DNA from: a bacterium
GTDB lineage: Bacteria; Electryoneota; RPQS01
Direction: 5' to 3'
Length of the DNA: 64,000 nt
Assembly (NCBI GenBank): GCA_013360195.1
Contig: JABWCQ010000001.1
Coordinates: 84,168-148,167 of the forward strand
Position numbers and translations under genes: made by a program. This document shows positions 28,269-41,577 of this stretch, one piece after another; the stretch's first letter is position 1, and every line of letters begins with the position of its first letter. A model generated the notes under the pieces. The model was not told where the DNA came from. It was given only the letters and a program-made list of their open reading frames with translations, and searched no databases.

Positions 28269-29676
28269 AATTCGAGTTAGATTCGCACCCAGTCCCACTG
28301 GATATCTGCATGTCGGCGGTGCCCGCACTGCCATCTTTAACTGGCTCTTTGCCCGTTCGGTGGGTGGCAAGTTTCTTGTCCGTATCGAAGACACCGACCC
28401 GCAGCGTTCACGCGGAGAACTCGCGCAGATAATTCTCGACGGGCTGGAGTGGCTTGGACTTCATTCCGACGAGGAGATTGTCTATCAATCCGACAGAAAG
28501 CCACGTTTCGTCGAAGTTGCCCACGAACTCATCGCTCGCGGACGAGCCTATCACGATTTCACCACCCTCGAAAAGCTTGAGAAAATGCGCGCTGATTCGC
28601 AGGCGAAAGGCGAAGCGTCCTTTCGTTTCAAGGCCGATTTGGAAAAAGTCCGTGCCGAAGCTCCCGAGCGACTCAAACGGGGTGAACCCTACGCTGTGCG
28701 CTTTGCCGCTCCATCTGAAGATATCGGGTGGATGGATTTGGTGCACGGCAGAGTAAACTACAAGGGAGACGAACTTGAGGACTTTGTCCTGCTCCGTTCC
28801 GACGGCTCGCCGACTTACCATCTGTCTGTTGTATGCGATGACCATGATATGCGCATCTCGCATATTCTCCGTGGTGACGACCACATTTCCAATACACCGA
28901 AACAAATCGCGCTGTATCGCGCCATGGAGTGGGACGTCCCGCAGTTCGGACATGTCCCCTTGATTCTTGGCCCGGACAAAAAGAGACTTTCGAAACGTAC
29001 CGGAGCCGCGTCAGTCGGCGAGTTTCAGGAGAAAGGTTTTCTTCCTCAGGCGCTGTTCAATTTCCTGACCTTGCTTGGCTGGTCGCCCGGAAAAGGTGAC
29101 CGCGAAATCTTCACCCGGGACGAGCTGGTCAAAGTCTTTACGACAGACGGAATCCAGCCGCGCAGCGCCGTCTTTGATGAAGCTAAACTCGAGTGGATGA
29201 ACGGCGAACATCTGCGTATGCTGCCCGAGACCGATGCACTCGACTACTTGGCGGCGCACGCAAAAGACACCAACATCACGCGGGTGCAGCTTGCCAACGC
29301 ATGGCCGCTTGTAAAATCGCGTGTGCGCATGCCTCGCGATATCTTCGAGGAACAGCCCTATCTTTTCAATGACCCCGACGAGTACGATTCCAAGGGTGTC
29401 GAGAAGCATCTTGCTGACCCTGCTGTGTTCGATTACTTAAGTCTGTACATGTCGCGGCTTTCCGACATTCCCTTTGTTCCTGCAGCGCTTGAAACATGTT
29501 TGCGCGAGATTGCCGACAAACACGGAGTGAAAGCCGGTCAACTGATTCATCCGGTTCGCCTTGCATTGACCGGAAAAACTGTCAGCCCCGGACTGTTTGA
29601 ATTGATGGAAGCGTTAGGCCGTGAAACTACCGTAAGACGGTTAAACAAACTGCTGCGGCAGTTCACTACCGCGTGA
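28261..29676 (+). CDS. gltX: Glutamate--tRNA ligase
   Basis: RFAPSPTGYLHVGGARTA, RIEDTD, RG.DH..NT, LSKR. Confidence 0.96.
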   Translation: MNEIRVRFAPSPTGYLHVGGARTAIFNWLFARSVGGKFLVRIEDTDPQRSRGELAQIILDGLEWLGLHSDEEIVYQSDRKPRFVEVAHELIARGRAYHDFTTLEKLEKMRADSQAKGEASFRFKADLEKVRAEAPERLKRGEPYAVRFAAPSEDIGWMDLVHGRVNYKGDELEDFVLLRSDGSPTYHLSVVCDDHDMRISHILRGDDHISNTPKQIALYRAMEWDVPQFGHVPLILGPDKKRLSKRTGAASVGEFQEKGFLPQALFNFLTLLGWSPGKGDREIFTRDELVKVFTTDGIQPRSAVFDEAKLEWMNGEHLRMLPETDALDYLAAHAKDTNITRVQLANAWPLVKSRVRMPRDIFEEQPYLFNDPDEYDSKGVEKHLADPAVFDYLSLYMSRLSDIPFVPAALETCLREIADKHGVKAGQLIHPVRLALTGKTVSPGLFELMEALGRETTVRRLNKLLRQFTTA

Positions 29677-30749
29677 CCCTGCTCGATCGCTATATACTCT
29701 CCGCGTTCGCGCGGAGTTTTTTCTTTGCGATGCTCGCCGCCGCGATCATCTTTGTTACGATTGACCTCGTTGAGCATCTGGACAAGTTTGTCGACGCCGG
29801 CGTCGGGTTCGACCTCGTCGGCCGCTACTACCTGCTCTACCTCCCCTTCATCGTCTATCTGACCATCCCGGTCGGTGTTCTCCTCGCTACGCTGTTCACT
29901 ATCGGAGGATTTGTCTATCGCAACGAGCTGACCGCCATGCAGGCGTCCGGTGTCAGTTTATGGCGTATTCTCTTCTTGCTGCTCGTCGCAACAGCGCCGC
30001 TCGCCGGAACCGTATGGTACCTCGGGGAAACGGTCGTCCCCAAACTGAATTTCGAACGCAAGGAAATGTATCGTGTCGAAGTGCGAAAAGGAAAAGGCTC
30101 CGTTTCGTCTCGTCAAGGTCGCATCTATCTGCAGACGTCTCCGACTGAATTCCTGAAAATGGAAAGCTACGACCCGAAGATTACCACCGGCTACCGGGTA
30201 CAGCTGCAGGCGGTTGAAGATGGAAAGGTAAGATTTCGCGTGGAAGCGGACAGCCTGAGGTATGTGGACAGTTCGTGGATTTTCACCAACGCGAAAGTGA
30301 CGGAGTTCAGCGATCGCAATGTCTCACTTGTCGAACGTGACTCCATCGTCCGCACGGACTTCAAATTCACGCCTGATGACCTCATCCGGCTGAACATCGA
30401 GCCCGAGGAAATGAGCTACAAAGACATTCAGAGCCTTGTCGGTCGGCTGCAGGCCGCTGGTATTCGCGCGGCGCGATGGTCAGTGGACTTGGCGTTCAAA
30501 TTCTCTCAGCCGTTCGCGACGTTCATTATTGTTCTCTTTGGAGTGCCATTTGCCGCCTTCCGGCGTCGCGGAGGATTAGTGCTCGGCTTCGGTTTATCCC
30601 TGCTGGTTTGCTTCGTCTATTTCGGTTTTCAGCAAGTCGGCAAGATTCTCGGCTACGGCGGTGCGTTGTCGCCGTTGTGGGCGGCATGGATTGGCAACCT
30701 CGTCTTCGGAGTCATCGGTCTGTTTCTCGTCTGGCGAGCACCAAAGTAA
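29673..30749 (+). CDS. lptG: LPS export permease LptG-like
   Basis: LDRYI, NELTAMQASG.S, AAW..N. GTGA overlap with gltX. Confidence 0.85.
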   Translation: MTLLDRYILSAFARSFFFAMLAAAIIFVTIDLVEHLDKFVDAGVGFDLVGRYYLLYLPFIVYLTIPVGVLLATLFTIGGFVYRNELTAMQASGVSLWRILFLLLVATAPLAGTVWYLGETVVPKLNFERKEMYRVEVRKGKGSVSSRQGRIYLQTSPTEFLKMESYDPKITTGYRVQLQAVEDGKVRFRVEADSLRYVDSSWIFTNAKVTEFSDRNVSLVERDSIVRTDFKFTPDDLIRLNIEPEEMSYKDIQSLVGRLQAAGIRAARWSVDLAFKFSQPFATFIIVLFGVPFAAFRRRGGLVLGFGLSLLVCFVYFGFQQVGKILGYGGALSPLWAAWIGNLVFGVIGLFLVWRAPK

Positions 30750-30768
30750 CAGTATCTGCAAAACGCAA

Positions 30769-30794
30769 AAGAGGCCGCGATATCGCGGCCTCTT
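30769..30794. terminator. Bidirectional terminator
   Basis: AAGAGGCCGCGA-TA-TCGCGGCCTCTT between convergent genes. Confidence 0.8.
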
Positions 30795-30814
30795 CATTTT
30801 GATACTTCACGCGC

Positions 30815-32065
30815 TTACCAGTATATCGAGTGACCGATTCCGACCGAAAGTCCGCGAGTTGAAGTGAACAATCCGTCATGCCACGCCCAACTGATATCGA
30901 GCGAGTAGTGCGAGGTCCGCACTCCGGTGCCAAGCGCAAGCCTCGTTCCCAACGGTCCGCCTGAACCGAAGCCGCCGCGCACAAGAAGCGGGCCAAAAAC
31001 GGTATACTCCCCTCCGAAGGCAAACTCAGCGCCGGTGTCGCCCTGTGCGCTCTCGACAAGTCGCGCCCGCAGTGTGCCCACAAGCAGCAATTCCTTCGAG
31101 TACTGATAACGGCCGGAGGCTTCAAGCGTAGTCGGTATCTTCGACTCAATGCTGCCGCCGGTGATAACATCGCTTGTGCTATGAAACGCCCGCGAAATGT
31201 AGTCTTCGTCATCCAGAGAATCCACAATCAATCCGGCGGAGTCGATTTCGAATGCGTCAAGCCTCGCTTCCTCCACTACCCAATTGATACTCCCGCCGAC
31301 CTGTTTTGCCGCTACTCCCACCGACCACTTCTGATTTAACTCGGCCAGCAAGCTCAGGTCAAATCCAATGCCGTCTCCGCGATTCGCATGCACCCGCTGT
31401 ATTGCGCCGTAACCTGTCAATGTGGAATCCGTGGCCTTCAGTTCACCCGTAGCATCGGTTATCTTGTCAAAGAACGTTCCGACATAGAAGTGAAATCCCA
31501 ACCCGCCATACAGACCCTTGAAGTAATCTTGTTCAAAACGATAGCCCACGGCCAGACCGGCATCGAAAACTGAGTATTGCTCTCCGCCCAGGTCCTCGAG
31601 CTTATATCCGCGATTGAGTTGATTACCGTACAACGCGAGCTCAAACAGCTCCTTGTCGGCCGTGACGTCAAACGCGGTCTCGTGCGACAGCTGGAAGGCT
31701 GCCTGTCGGTACACCGCACCAAATACGGGTGCCGACACCATGCCCGACACATTCAAACCGTCGTCGGGAATATTGCCGATGATAACCCGCTTGTCCTCTG
31801 AGGAAACGTATCCATCCCGCGCGATTTGGTCATTCCACTCGTTCACACTGAATGCGTTGTTGCGCGCTCCCGCGGATATTCCCGGCAGGTCAATCCGCCA
31901 CTTCCCAATGGTTGGACGGGAAAGCACGCCGGCATTGCCGTGAAGGACGTCTGATGATCGTTCGTGCAAATCCGCTGCACCCGCAAATCCAAGCGAACGT
32001 CCTGACGGTGCTTGTCCCAGTGACGTGCCCGCAAAGAGGAAGAGCAAAATAAGCAGTGGAATCAT
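30815..32065 (-). CDS. Outer-membrane beta-barrel (DUF5723 / FadL-like)
   Basis: Signal peptide, RSLG.AGA N-terminus, amphipathic strands, G.GFDL, terminal aromatic (YW). Confidence 0.65.
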   Translation of the reverse strand: MIPLLILLFLFAGTSLGQAPSGRSLGFAGAADLHERSSDVLHGNAGVLSRPTIGKWRIDLPGISAGARNNAFSVNEWNDQIARDGYVSSEDKRVIIGNIPDDGLNVSGMVSAPVFGAVYRQAAFQLSHETAFDVTADKELFELALYGNQLNRGYKLEDLGGEQYSVFDAGLAVGYRFEQDYFKGLYGGLGFHFYVGTFFDKITDATGELKATDSTLTGYGAIQRVHANRGDGIGFDLSLLAELNQKWSVGVAAKQVGGSINWVVEEARLDAFEIDSAGLIVDSLDDEDYISRAFHSTSDVITGGSIESKIPTTLEASGRYQYSKELLLVGTLRARLVESAQGDTGAEFAFGGEYTVFGPLLVRGGFGSGGPLGTRLALGTGVRTSHYSLDISWAWHDGLFTSTRGLSVGIGHSIYW

Positions 32066-34055
32066 CGCACCTCGCCGGGATCAACCGTGTAACGTACTTT
32101 CGCGAGCGCGTGAACGTTCAGATAGTCGCTGCCGTGCACGATGAGTGTATCGCCGTCAATGGCGTCAACCTGAATCTGCGTGCGCACGAAAAACCCGTCC
32201 GACTTGAAGTAGTTAATCCACCGTTCATTCAGCTCAATCGAGAACTGGTAACGGCTGGCATTGACCGCGCGCCCGCTAACAATTGTTGGTTCGGGAATAT
32301 TCACGTCAAACAGCGTGTCAACGTCCGCCTCCGAATTCTCAATGACATTCAAGCTGTCATAGTCCGCGACGAGATAGCATCGCCCTCCGACTGGAAGGTG
32401 ATTCCACAATGTGATGATTGCCTCGCCGCTCTGAATGTCCTCAAGGTCGCCGGGTTCAACTTTTTCCACAGTGCCGACCGGCTCCAAAGTGTCCGTTATG
32501 ATTACGGCAAGAGCCGCGCGAAGCTCAAGTGCCAACGACACCTCAGTATTGTTGAACACCGCTACTTCGCCTGATAGCGTGGCGTTGCCGTCCGCAGTCA
32601 GAAGATCGGGATATTCCGCGAGCAAATCTGCCAAGCCTGGGATAATCGTCACACTGCTGTCTTCCAATTCGAGATTCTCAACGTGAATGGTGGAAGTGCC
32701 GACCTGAGAGCCGTTCAGCCATGTCACTGCATCCACGTCGGAACTTAATACTCCGCCTATACCGTGATCCACGTGAATTCTTGCTTCAACTTCAAGCGGT
32801 CGCACGACTTCCCACCCTTGCGGAGGCCGCTCAATGTCAATCGAGAGTGAGTCAAAGGTTAACTCAAGATTATTCAATGAGCCGTCGAAGTACTCAACTG
32901 ACAGACGTTCAATCTGAATTCTGCCAAATACTCTTTCTTCGCCACTGACGAACTCGCGACGGTCGTCCGGTGACGGAGTGTGTGAAGTCAATTCACCTGT
33001 AATCGTTTGTTCGTTGTCACCCTCAGGCCGCAGCCTGTATTGCGCCAGCGGTATCACGACGACATCCGAATCTCCCGGCATCAGAAACCGCGATACAACC
33101 AACGTATCATTCAATCGGCTTACCAAATTCGGTATTTTGAGAATCACCGTGTCCGCGAACTGCGTGTGATTGCCAAGAGTGATGGTCATTGAGCCGCTCT
33201 CTATCACAACCAAATCTATGTGATGCTGCTGTTCAATCGCCAATGCGCTGTCTCGCGTCACCGTTTGCTCCGGTATGATTCCGTAAAATTGTGATGCGGT
33301 CACCGTGTCAATCGTGGCCGTCACGGAAATCCTGTCTGTGGAGTCAATCGTAATTTGTGATCCACCGGATCCGGTTGCTTGAAGCGATAACGCAAACACT
33401 CCGTACTGTGTTACACCTCCAAGCGAAGCGGTCGTAACGCGCTGCTGATCCGAAGCAAGCTCGTCAAACGTGGCCACAACCACATGTCCGGCGCGCACGG
33501 TCACGTCTTGCACGGAATACGGGAGACGGTTTGCAACGATGAGAGATATTCTTCCCGTGTCAACTTCCAGACTGTCATACCCCGCAGGCAAGGGCAGCAG
33601 CGTCGTTGCCTGTAAATTGTGCTGTGGAATGTCCTGTGTCGTTCCGTGCAGTGATCCTATCTGCGGATTCAATGTGCCCAGCGAGTAGAACAGCAGAGTG
33701 TCATAATCCAGCGGCACCTCGATCGCGGTCACATGTCGGTCAATCGACAGGGCGATCTCTCTGACATACAAGCTGTCTCCGATACCCGCCGATAGATTCG
33801 CCCACGCGCTAAAGTAAACCGAACTGTCCTCTTCCATACCGACTCCGGAACCTTCGCGTCGTAACGTCGTGTCCGGATCGGCAAGTTCCCAGATTCCGTA
33901 TGTCCGCGTACCGAACGGGACATTCAAGTCGACGTCCCAGTAGAGTTCACCCGGTCCCTGCGGAATTTCACATCCCGACACAATCGACAAGGTCACCAAA
34001 CACAAAAGACGGAGTAATCTCCGTCTCTTGAGTGTCTTGTCGTGAAGACCGAACA

Positions 34056-34056
<1 letters not shown>
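32062..34056 (-). CDS. Large beta-rich lipoprotein, unknown function
   Basis: Lipobox VSG-C after a basic and hydrophobic leader. TGATG overlap with ahcY. Confidence 0.7.
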
Positions 34057-36505
<2,449 letters not shown>

Positions 36506-36548
36506 TGCTGGGTTTTACTGCTCCGTCGTATTGTGAAAAATTGAAATC

Positions 36549-37550
36549 CTATAACTCGTCGCCTTCGCCAGGCCCTTCGATGATCGCACTCGAGTCCCCC
36601 AGGTTGTATCGGTGAAAACTCCCCTTCACCACCGCGTTGTTCCCTACTAAACTGCCCGTGACAAGCGCGTCTTCGACCCGCGATCCGTCCCCAAGAATCG
36701 CATCCCTGACCATCGCATTTCTGATCTCCGCCCCCTGACCGACAGTCGCATGAGGACCGACAATCGCTCGCTCGATGTGCGCCTCCGGATGAATGAATAC
36801 CGGCGGAATAATTACGACTCCGTCGCGTGTTTCCACATGATTGCCGTTCAGACGGTCGAGCAAACGCCGGTTCGTTTCCAAAAGGGTCTCCGGTTTCCCG
36901 CAGTCAAACCAATTGTCAACCGCAAAGGTGGAGATGGGAACTTCGCGCTCCACCATCAACTGCAATGCGTCCGTGAGTTGATACTCGCCCCGCGTCGTTA
37001 AGTTCCGTTCAAACAAAGTCTCAATAGACTGCTTCAGCTCCTGCGCCTGCCGAATCAAATAGATACCGACGATCACAAGATTTGAACGCGGATTCTCAGG
37101 CTTCTCCACCAGTCGCGATACCATCTCGTCACGGGTTTCGACGACACCGAAGCGCCGCGGATCCTCAACGGTCTTTACTCCGATCGCGCTTGTGAGGCTG
37201 TTACTCAACACGGCACTAAGGTCAATCTCGAATATCGTGTCTCCCAGAATGACCAGCACTTCACGGTCGTGCTCAGTGAGTCCCAGATGCACCGCATGCG
37301 CAAGACCCCGCGCTTCTTGCTGAACCACAAACTCTGATGGAATGGAGTAGTTGTCGCGGACGTAGCGCTCGATCAAGTCGCCCATTGCACCAACCACTAA
37401 AGTGACTTGGTCTATGCCCGAGGCGATTAAATGATCAAGTATGTGTCCGAGAATAGGTTTCCCGGCCACATTGAGGAGTACTTTGGGCCGGGTAAATGTG
37501 TGGGGCCGAAGGCGGGAACCTACTCCCGCGACCGGAATTATTGCTTTCAC
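36549..37550 (-). CDS. Sugar-phosphate nucleotidyltransferase (Glc-1-P thymidylyltransferase long form-like)
   Basis: AG.GSRLRPHT..RPK, EKP, GEYQLTDA, left-handed beta-helix tail. Confidence 0.9.
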   Translation of the reverse strand: MKAIIPVAGVGSRLRPHTFTRPKVLLNVAGKPILGHILDHLIASGIDQVTLVVGAMGDLIERYVRDNYSIPSEFVVQQEARGLAHAVHLGLTEHDREVLVILGDTIFEIDLSAVLSNSLTSAIGVKTVEDPRRFGVVETRDEMVSRLVEKPENPRSNLVIVGIYLIRQAQELKQSIETLFERNLTTRGEYQLTDALQLMVEREVPISTFAVDNWFDCGKPETLLETNRRLLDRLNGNHVETRDGVVIIPPVFIHPEAHIERAIVGPHATVGQGAEIRNAMVRDAILGDGSRVEDALVTGSLVGNNAVVKGSFHRYNLGDSSAIIEGPGEGDEL

Positions 37551-37605
37551 AGAGGCCGTTTACAAAACTTAAAGTCTTGTAATCTACGGATTTCCCCCGA
37601 ATAAA

Positions 37606-38685
37606 TCAAGACCCGGTAAGGAGATTTTTAAGCCCTGTAATCTTCGGGATTTCCATGGGGTCTTCCGCTCGGAGTATTGCAAGATACACCGTCGCGGCAT
37701 CAAGCAGCAGCATCAACCTGATGCCCTGCTCAAGCCTGCCAAGCCCTGTTCCGAAGTAGTCGCTGGGGCTAAGCCGCAGCGTCGCCACCCCCATTTTACT
37801 CAGCATCTCCTCCATCGGGCCGCGCGGATCGGCGAACGTCCCTTGTGTCGCCCATTCGCCGAGGAACATCACCATCGGCGGCGGCAGCACCTGTGCCAGA
37901 TGCGCGAACGCTTCAACTTCGTTATGAGCAAGCTCCGGCAAGTCCGAAGCGTGCGACCACACTTTGCTGTTCTCTGCAAGCTGTGCCCGCAGGCGGAATG
38001 CCAGCGCCGGACCAAGCAAGCCGTCACATGTATAAATCACGGGCGTGCGGTCGACAAGTCTAACCGCCAAATCAAGGGCCGGATTTTCATCCCGTGAAAG
38101 TATCGCGTAGCGCTGTGCATCCTCGTGCAATCTCTTCAGCGGCCACGCGTTGAGTGAAGGATCGTGAAAATCATACACTCGCTGAAACAACCTGTGCATC
38201 GCCCCCAACGAGAACCCCACCGCCGCGCGCGGTGGATAGCCTCCTGGCAGGTTCAGAAACGGAATATGATCAGAATGTGCTTTCTGCTCCAACCTTCCGC
38301 CGCTCGATACCGCAAGCCATACCTGTCGCGGATCTACTTCCGTCAAAGCTTGCACTGCCTCAACCGTATTCCCGGAGTAACTGCATACCAGTCGCGGCAA
38401 ATGCGAGGCACGTGAGTGCCGCCGCACGAACAAACGCACGTCGATTGCCGGAGGTTCTACTCCAAAAGCCTGCAGCAAATCTCCTGACACCGCGCTTCCT
38501 CCAAGCCCGAACCAGTCCAGCATTGGTTCTGGTCTCAACTTATTGTGCAGCAAAAACTCATCGGCAATCTCTATCCCCCGCTGTATCTGCTTGTCCAGCT
38601 CAAGTGTCTTGCCCAGCATATCACTCGGATCAAGCTGCTTGAGCCGTGTTTCCGTCAACTGAATTGCTTTTGTAGTAATAGTCAT
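37606..38685 (-). CDS. Bifunctional phosphoglucose/phosphomannose isomerase (SIS)
   Basis: GLGGSA, SYSGNT.E, ENSK, PE..HNE. Confidence 0.85.
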   Translation of the reverse strand: MTITTKAIQLTETRLKQLDPSDMLGKTLELDKQIQRGIEIADEFLLHNKLRPEPMLDWFGLGGSAVSGDLLQAFGVEPPAIDVRLFVRRHSRASHLPRLVCSYSGNTVEAVQALTEVDPRQVWLAVSSGGRLEQKAHSDHIPFLNLPGGYPPRAAVGFSLGAMHRLFQRVYDFHDPSLNAWPLKRLHEDAQRYAILSRDENPALDLAVRLVDRTPVIYTCDGLLGPALAFRLRAQLAENSKVWSHASDLPELAHNEVEAFAHLAQVLPPPMVMFLGEWATQGTFADPRGPMEEMLSKMGVATLRLSPSDYFGTGLGRLEQGIRLMLLLDAATVYLAILRAEDPMEIPKITGLKNLLTGS

Positions 38686-38778
38686 TTTGGTCCTGTATCA
38701 AAATCGCGGGCGGCCATTGGGCCGCTGTCATCAAAAATCTAAGGCCTTGCGCCGGATCATAACCCGCTTATCAATCGG

Positions 38779-40551
38779 CTAACTGAACCAGATCGGCAAA
38801 TCCGCAAACCTCTTTTTCAGTTCTCCCCGCATGTAGGTCATGATCTCTTGCGAAGTGTCCATCTTGAGCGCTTTGCGCGTTATGCGACGGCACTCGTCGT
38901 ACGTCATGCTGCGGATAATCTTCTTGATCTCTGGAATCATCGCGGATGTCATCGAGATCTCCTGCATCCCCATTCCCACCAAAAGCGGTGTCGCAGCCGG
39001 ACTTCCGCCCAGCTCGCCGCAGATTCCCACATGCACTCCTCGTCGTTCACCGGCCTTCACCGTCGTCTCGATCAAATGCAGTACTGCCGGATGATAGCTG
39101 CGATAGTACGATGCAACCTGTTCGTTGGCGCGGTCGGTCGCCGTCGTGTATTGAATCAAATCATTGGTGCCAATCGAAAAGAAATTACACTCTTCGGCCA
39201 GCCTGTCCGCCATAATTGCCGCCGAAGGTATTTCCACCATGATCCCGACAGGTATGTTGGGGTCGAACGCAAGCTTGCGCTGGTTCAGCTCCTGCTTCGC
39301 CTCTTCCAATACCGCCTTGGCTTCGCGAATCTCCTCGAAACCGGACACGAACGGGAACATCACACGCACGTTGCCCCGCGCCGACGCCCGCAGTATCGCG
39401 CGCAGCTGCGCTCTGAATAAATCACGTCTCGATAGCGACACCCGAATCGCTCTGTATCCCAAAAACGGATTCTTCTCGTTGTGTATGTTGATTCCTGCGT
39501 GATACTTGTCCCCGCCCAAATCAAACGTGCGAATCACAACCGGATGAGGTGCCATAATCTCCGCCGCTCGATCATACATACCGAACTGCTCGTCCTCTGT
39601 CGGAGTCGTTTCACGGGTCAAAAACAGAAATTCGCTCCGAAATAACCCTACCCCCGTTCCGCCGTGCGACAGCACCGACTCCGCTTCGCGCGGAAGCTCG
39701 ATGTTGCCCCAAAGATGAATCTCCCTGCCGTCCAAAGTCATCGCAGGCTGATCCTTGATGTCCTCAAGATACCGCTGAAAACTCCGGAACCGCTCACGCT
39801 TCTCTTTGTACTCCACAAACGACGCCTGCGTTGGATGCAATATCACCTTGCCGCTGTTTCCATTCAGGATGATGTTATCTCCGTCCTGAACCTTGCTGGA
39901 GACATCTCCGATTCCAACGATCGTCGGAATGTCCAGACTGCGCGCCAAAATCGCCGTGTGCGACGTCAAGCCGCCGATATCCGTCGCGATTCCGTGCACC
40001 AATTCCCTGTCCAGATTCAACGCCTGAGTCGGTGTCAAATCCTCCGCTACCAGAATGATTTCATGCGTCGGATGATCCGGAATAATATCCCCCTCGCCCC
40101 GCAAGTATCGCAGAAGCCGCGTCTTTACGTCGCGCAGGTCCATTGCCCGCTCACGAAACACTTCCCCGGTGGTTTTGCTGATGACTTCAATCATCTGGCC
40201 GAACGAATCGTGAACGATGTATTCCGCGTCGAACTGCTCGCGGGTAATGCGTGCGCGAACTTGATCATGGAATATCTCGTCCGCTAAAATCAGCAAATGC
40301 GCGTCGAATATCTTGCCCACGGCGACTCCGGCCACATCCAGCGCTCGTTCCCGTGAACGTTCAATCGCCGCGCGAGTCTCGTCAAGAGCACGGTCAAATC
40401 GAGCCAGCTCGTTCGGAACTTCGGACGGAGCAAGCTTGCGCGGCATGACGTCCGGCTCGTCGTACACCATCCGGTGCACTAGACCAATCGCGATCCCCGG
40501 CGATGCCGGAATCCCGCGAAGTATCTGCTCCTTCTTCACCGTGCTTGCCAC
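38779..40551 (-). CDS. ptsI: PTS enzyme I
   Basis: GI.ASPG, TSHTAILARS, GLFRSEFL, RTFDLGGDK, SIGTNDL.QY, CGE. GTG start with GAGGAG RBS. Confidence 0.95.
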   Translation of the reverse strand: MASTVKKEQILRGIPASPGIAIGLVHRMVYDEPDVMPRKLAPSEVPNELARFDRALDETRAAIERSRERALDVAGVAVGKIFDAHLLILADEIFHDQVRARITREQFDAEYIVHDSFGQMIEVISKTTGEVFRERAMDLRDVKTRLLRYLRGEGDIIPDHPTHEIILVAEDLTPTQALNLDRELVHGIATDIGGLTSHTAILARSLDIPTIVGIGDVSSKVQDGDNIILNGNSGKVILHPTQASFVEYKEKRERFRSFQRYLEDIKDQPAMTLDGREIHLWGNIELPREAESVLSHGGTGVGLFRSEFLFLTRETTPTEDEQFGMYDRAAEIMAPHPVVIRTFDLGGDKYHAGINIHNEKNPFLGYRAIRVSLSRRDLFRAQLRAILRASARGNVRVMFPFVSGFEEIREAKAVLEEAKQELNQRKLAFDPNIPVGIMVEIPSAAIMADRLAEECNFFSIGTNDLIQYTTATDRANEQVASYYRSYHPAVLHLIETTVKAGERRGVHVGICGELGGSPAATPLLVGMGMQEISMTSAMIPEIKKIIRSMTYDECRRITRKALKMDTSQEIMTYMRGELKKRFADLPIWFS

Positions 40552-40555
40552 CGGA

Positions 40556-40822
40556 TTACTCCTCGTAAAATTTGTTCTCAAACAACTCCACCAGTTCATT
40601 CAAGAGCTGCTGCTCGTCCTCGCCCACGCATTCGAGAATCAAGGTGCTCCCCCTGCCCGCTGCAAGCATCATCACTCCCATGATGCTCTTGCCGTTCACA
40701 CGCATCCCGTCTTTCAAAAGATAGACATCCGACTTGTACTTCTCGGCAATCTTGGTCAATTGAGCGGCGGGACGAATGTGAAGTCCCAATCGGTTCAGCA
40801 GAGTGACTTCTTTTTGGATCAC
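40556..40822 (-). CDS. ptsH: Phosphocarrier HPr
   Basis: GLHIRPA (His15) and GKSIMG (Ser46). 88 aa from GTG 40822. Confidence 0.95.
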   Translation of the reverse strand: MIQKEVTLLNRLGLHIRPAAQLTKIAEKYKSDVYLLKDGMRVNGKSIMGVMMLAAGRGSTLILECVGEDEQQLLNELVELFENKFYEE

Positions 40823-41577
40823 GGCAGTAGTGGTGTTGATATCGTGAAATAATAAATTGCAAACGAACAAAGCACGGTCACAAATGCGACCGTCAAAGTG
40901 CTGAAGCGCATATAGACTGCGCCAACCATGACGATGAATCCGGCGATGTACTGCAGCAGCGATACGCCGCTGTCTCCAGTGATTCTCGACAGTGTGGCAC
41001 CGATCACGGCACCTGCCGCCGCGATTCCGAATCCACGCATAAACTTCTGAATTGCCGGCAGGGCGGAGTGGAGGGCAAGTTCGCTCACGCGCTCGCCCAG
41101 CGCAAAGCCGTGCGAGAATCCCCAGTTCCGAAACCACCACAAACTCAAATTGTAAATCGCCAGCACGGACGCCGCGCCCCACACCCAGTTTGTCATCCAG
41201 TTATTCGTTGGGATGAGCATGAGCAAGACCAGCACCGCAAGCAAGCCGGGTTTGTATCGCTCCCAGATTAACGAATCGCCGATTGCTCCAAGCGGCGTTG
41301 ACAAACTGCGTTTCCACTCCATCAACTCCTTGGCTTTCTGATCGTCAACCGGCTCACGCAGGCGTTTCGACAAGGCTCCAAGAGCAATACCTGAAAATGC
41401 CGGATGGCCGTTGATAAAACTCGCTGCGGTTCGTGTCGCCTGTTCGTCAAGCTTCCGTCCCTCACCGCGCAAAGCAAGCAAATAGCCCGGTCCCTGCATT
41501 GTCTTGTAGTTCAAAAACAGCTGCAAACCAAGCGAGCGCAGCAAAATCTTCGTTCTGCCCGGATTCTGTTGGCTCAT
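40819..41577 (-). CDS. Mannose-family PTS IID component
   Basis: NY..MQ..G, F.N.HP, LGAIGDSLIW. Confidence 0.8.
   Translation of the reverse strand: MSQQNPGRTKILLRSLGLQLFLNYKTMQGPGYLLALRGEGRKLDEQATRTAASFINGHPAFSGIALGALSKRLREPVDDQKAKELMEWKRSLSTPLGAIGDSLIWERYKPGLLAVLVLLMLIPTNNWMTNWVWGAASVLAIYNLSLWWFRNWGFSHGFALGERVSELALHSALPAIQKFMRGFGIAAAGAVIGATLSRITGDSGVSLLQYIAGFIVMVGAVYMRFSTLTVAFVTVLCSFAIYYFTISTPLLP

Noticed and set aside
36506..36548. SAM/SAH riboswitch upstream of metK or ahcY
   Set aside because: The gaps are only 43 nt and 14 nt, with no aptamer motifs.
40556..41182. 208-aa ORF suggesting an N-terminally extended HPr
   Set aside because: The extension overlaps the IID gene in another frame. 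HPr homology begins at GTG 40822.
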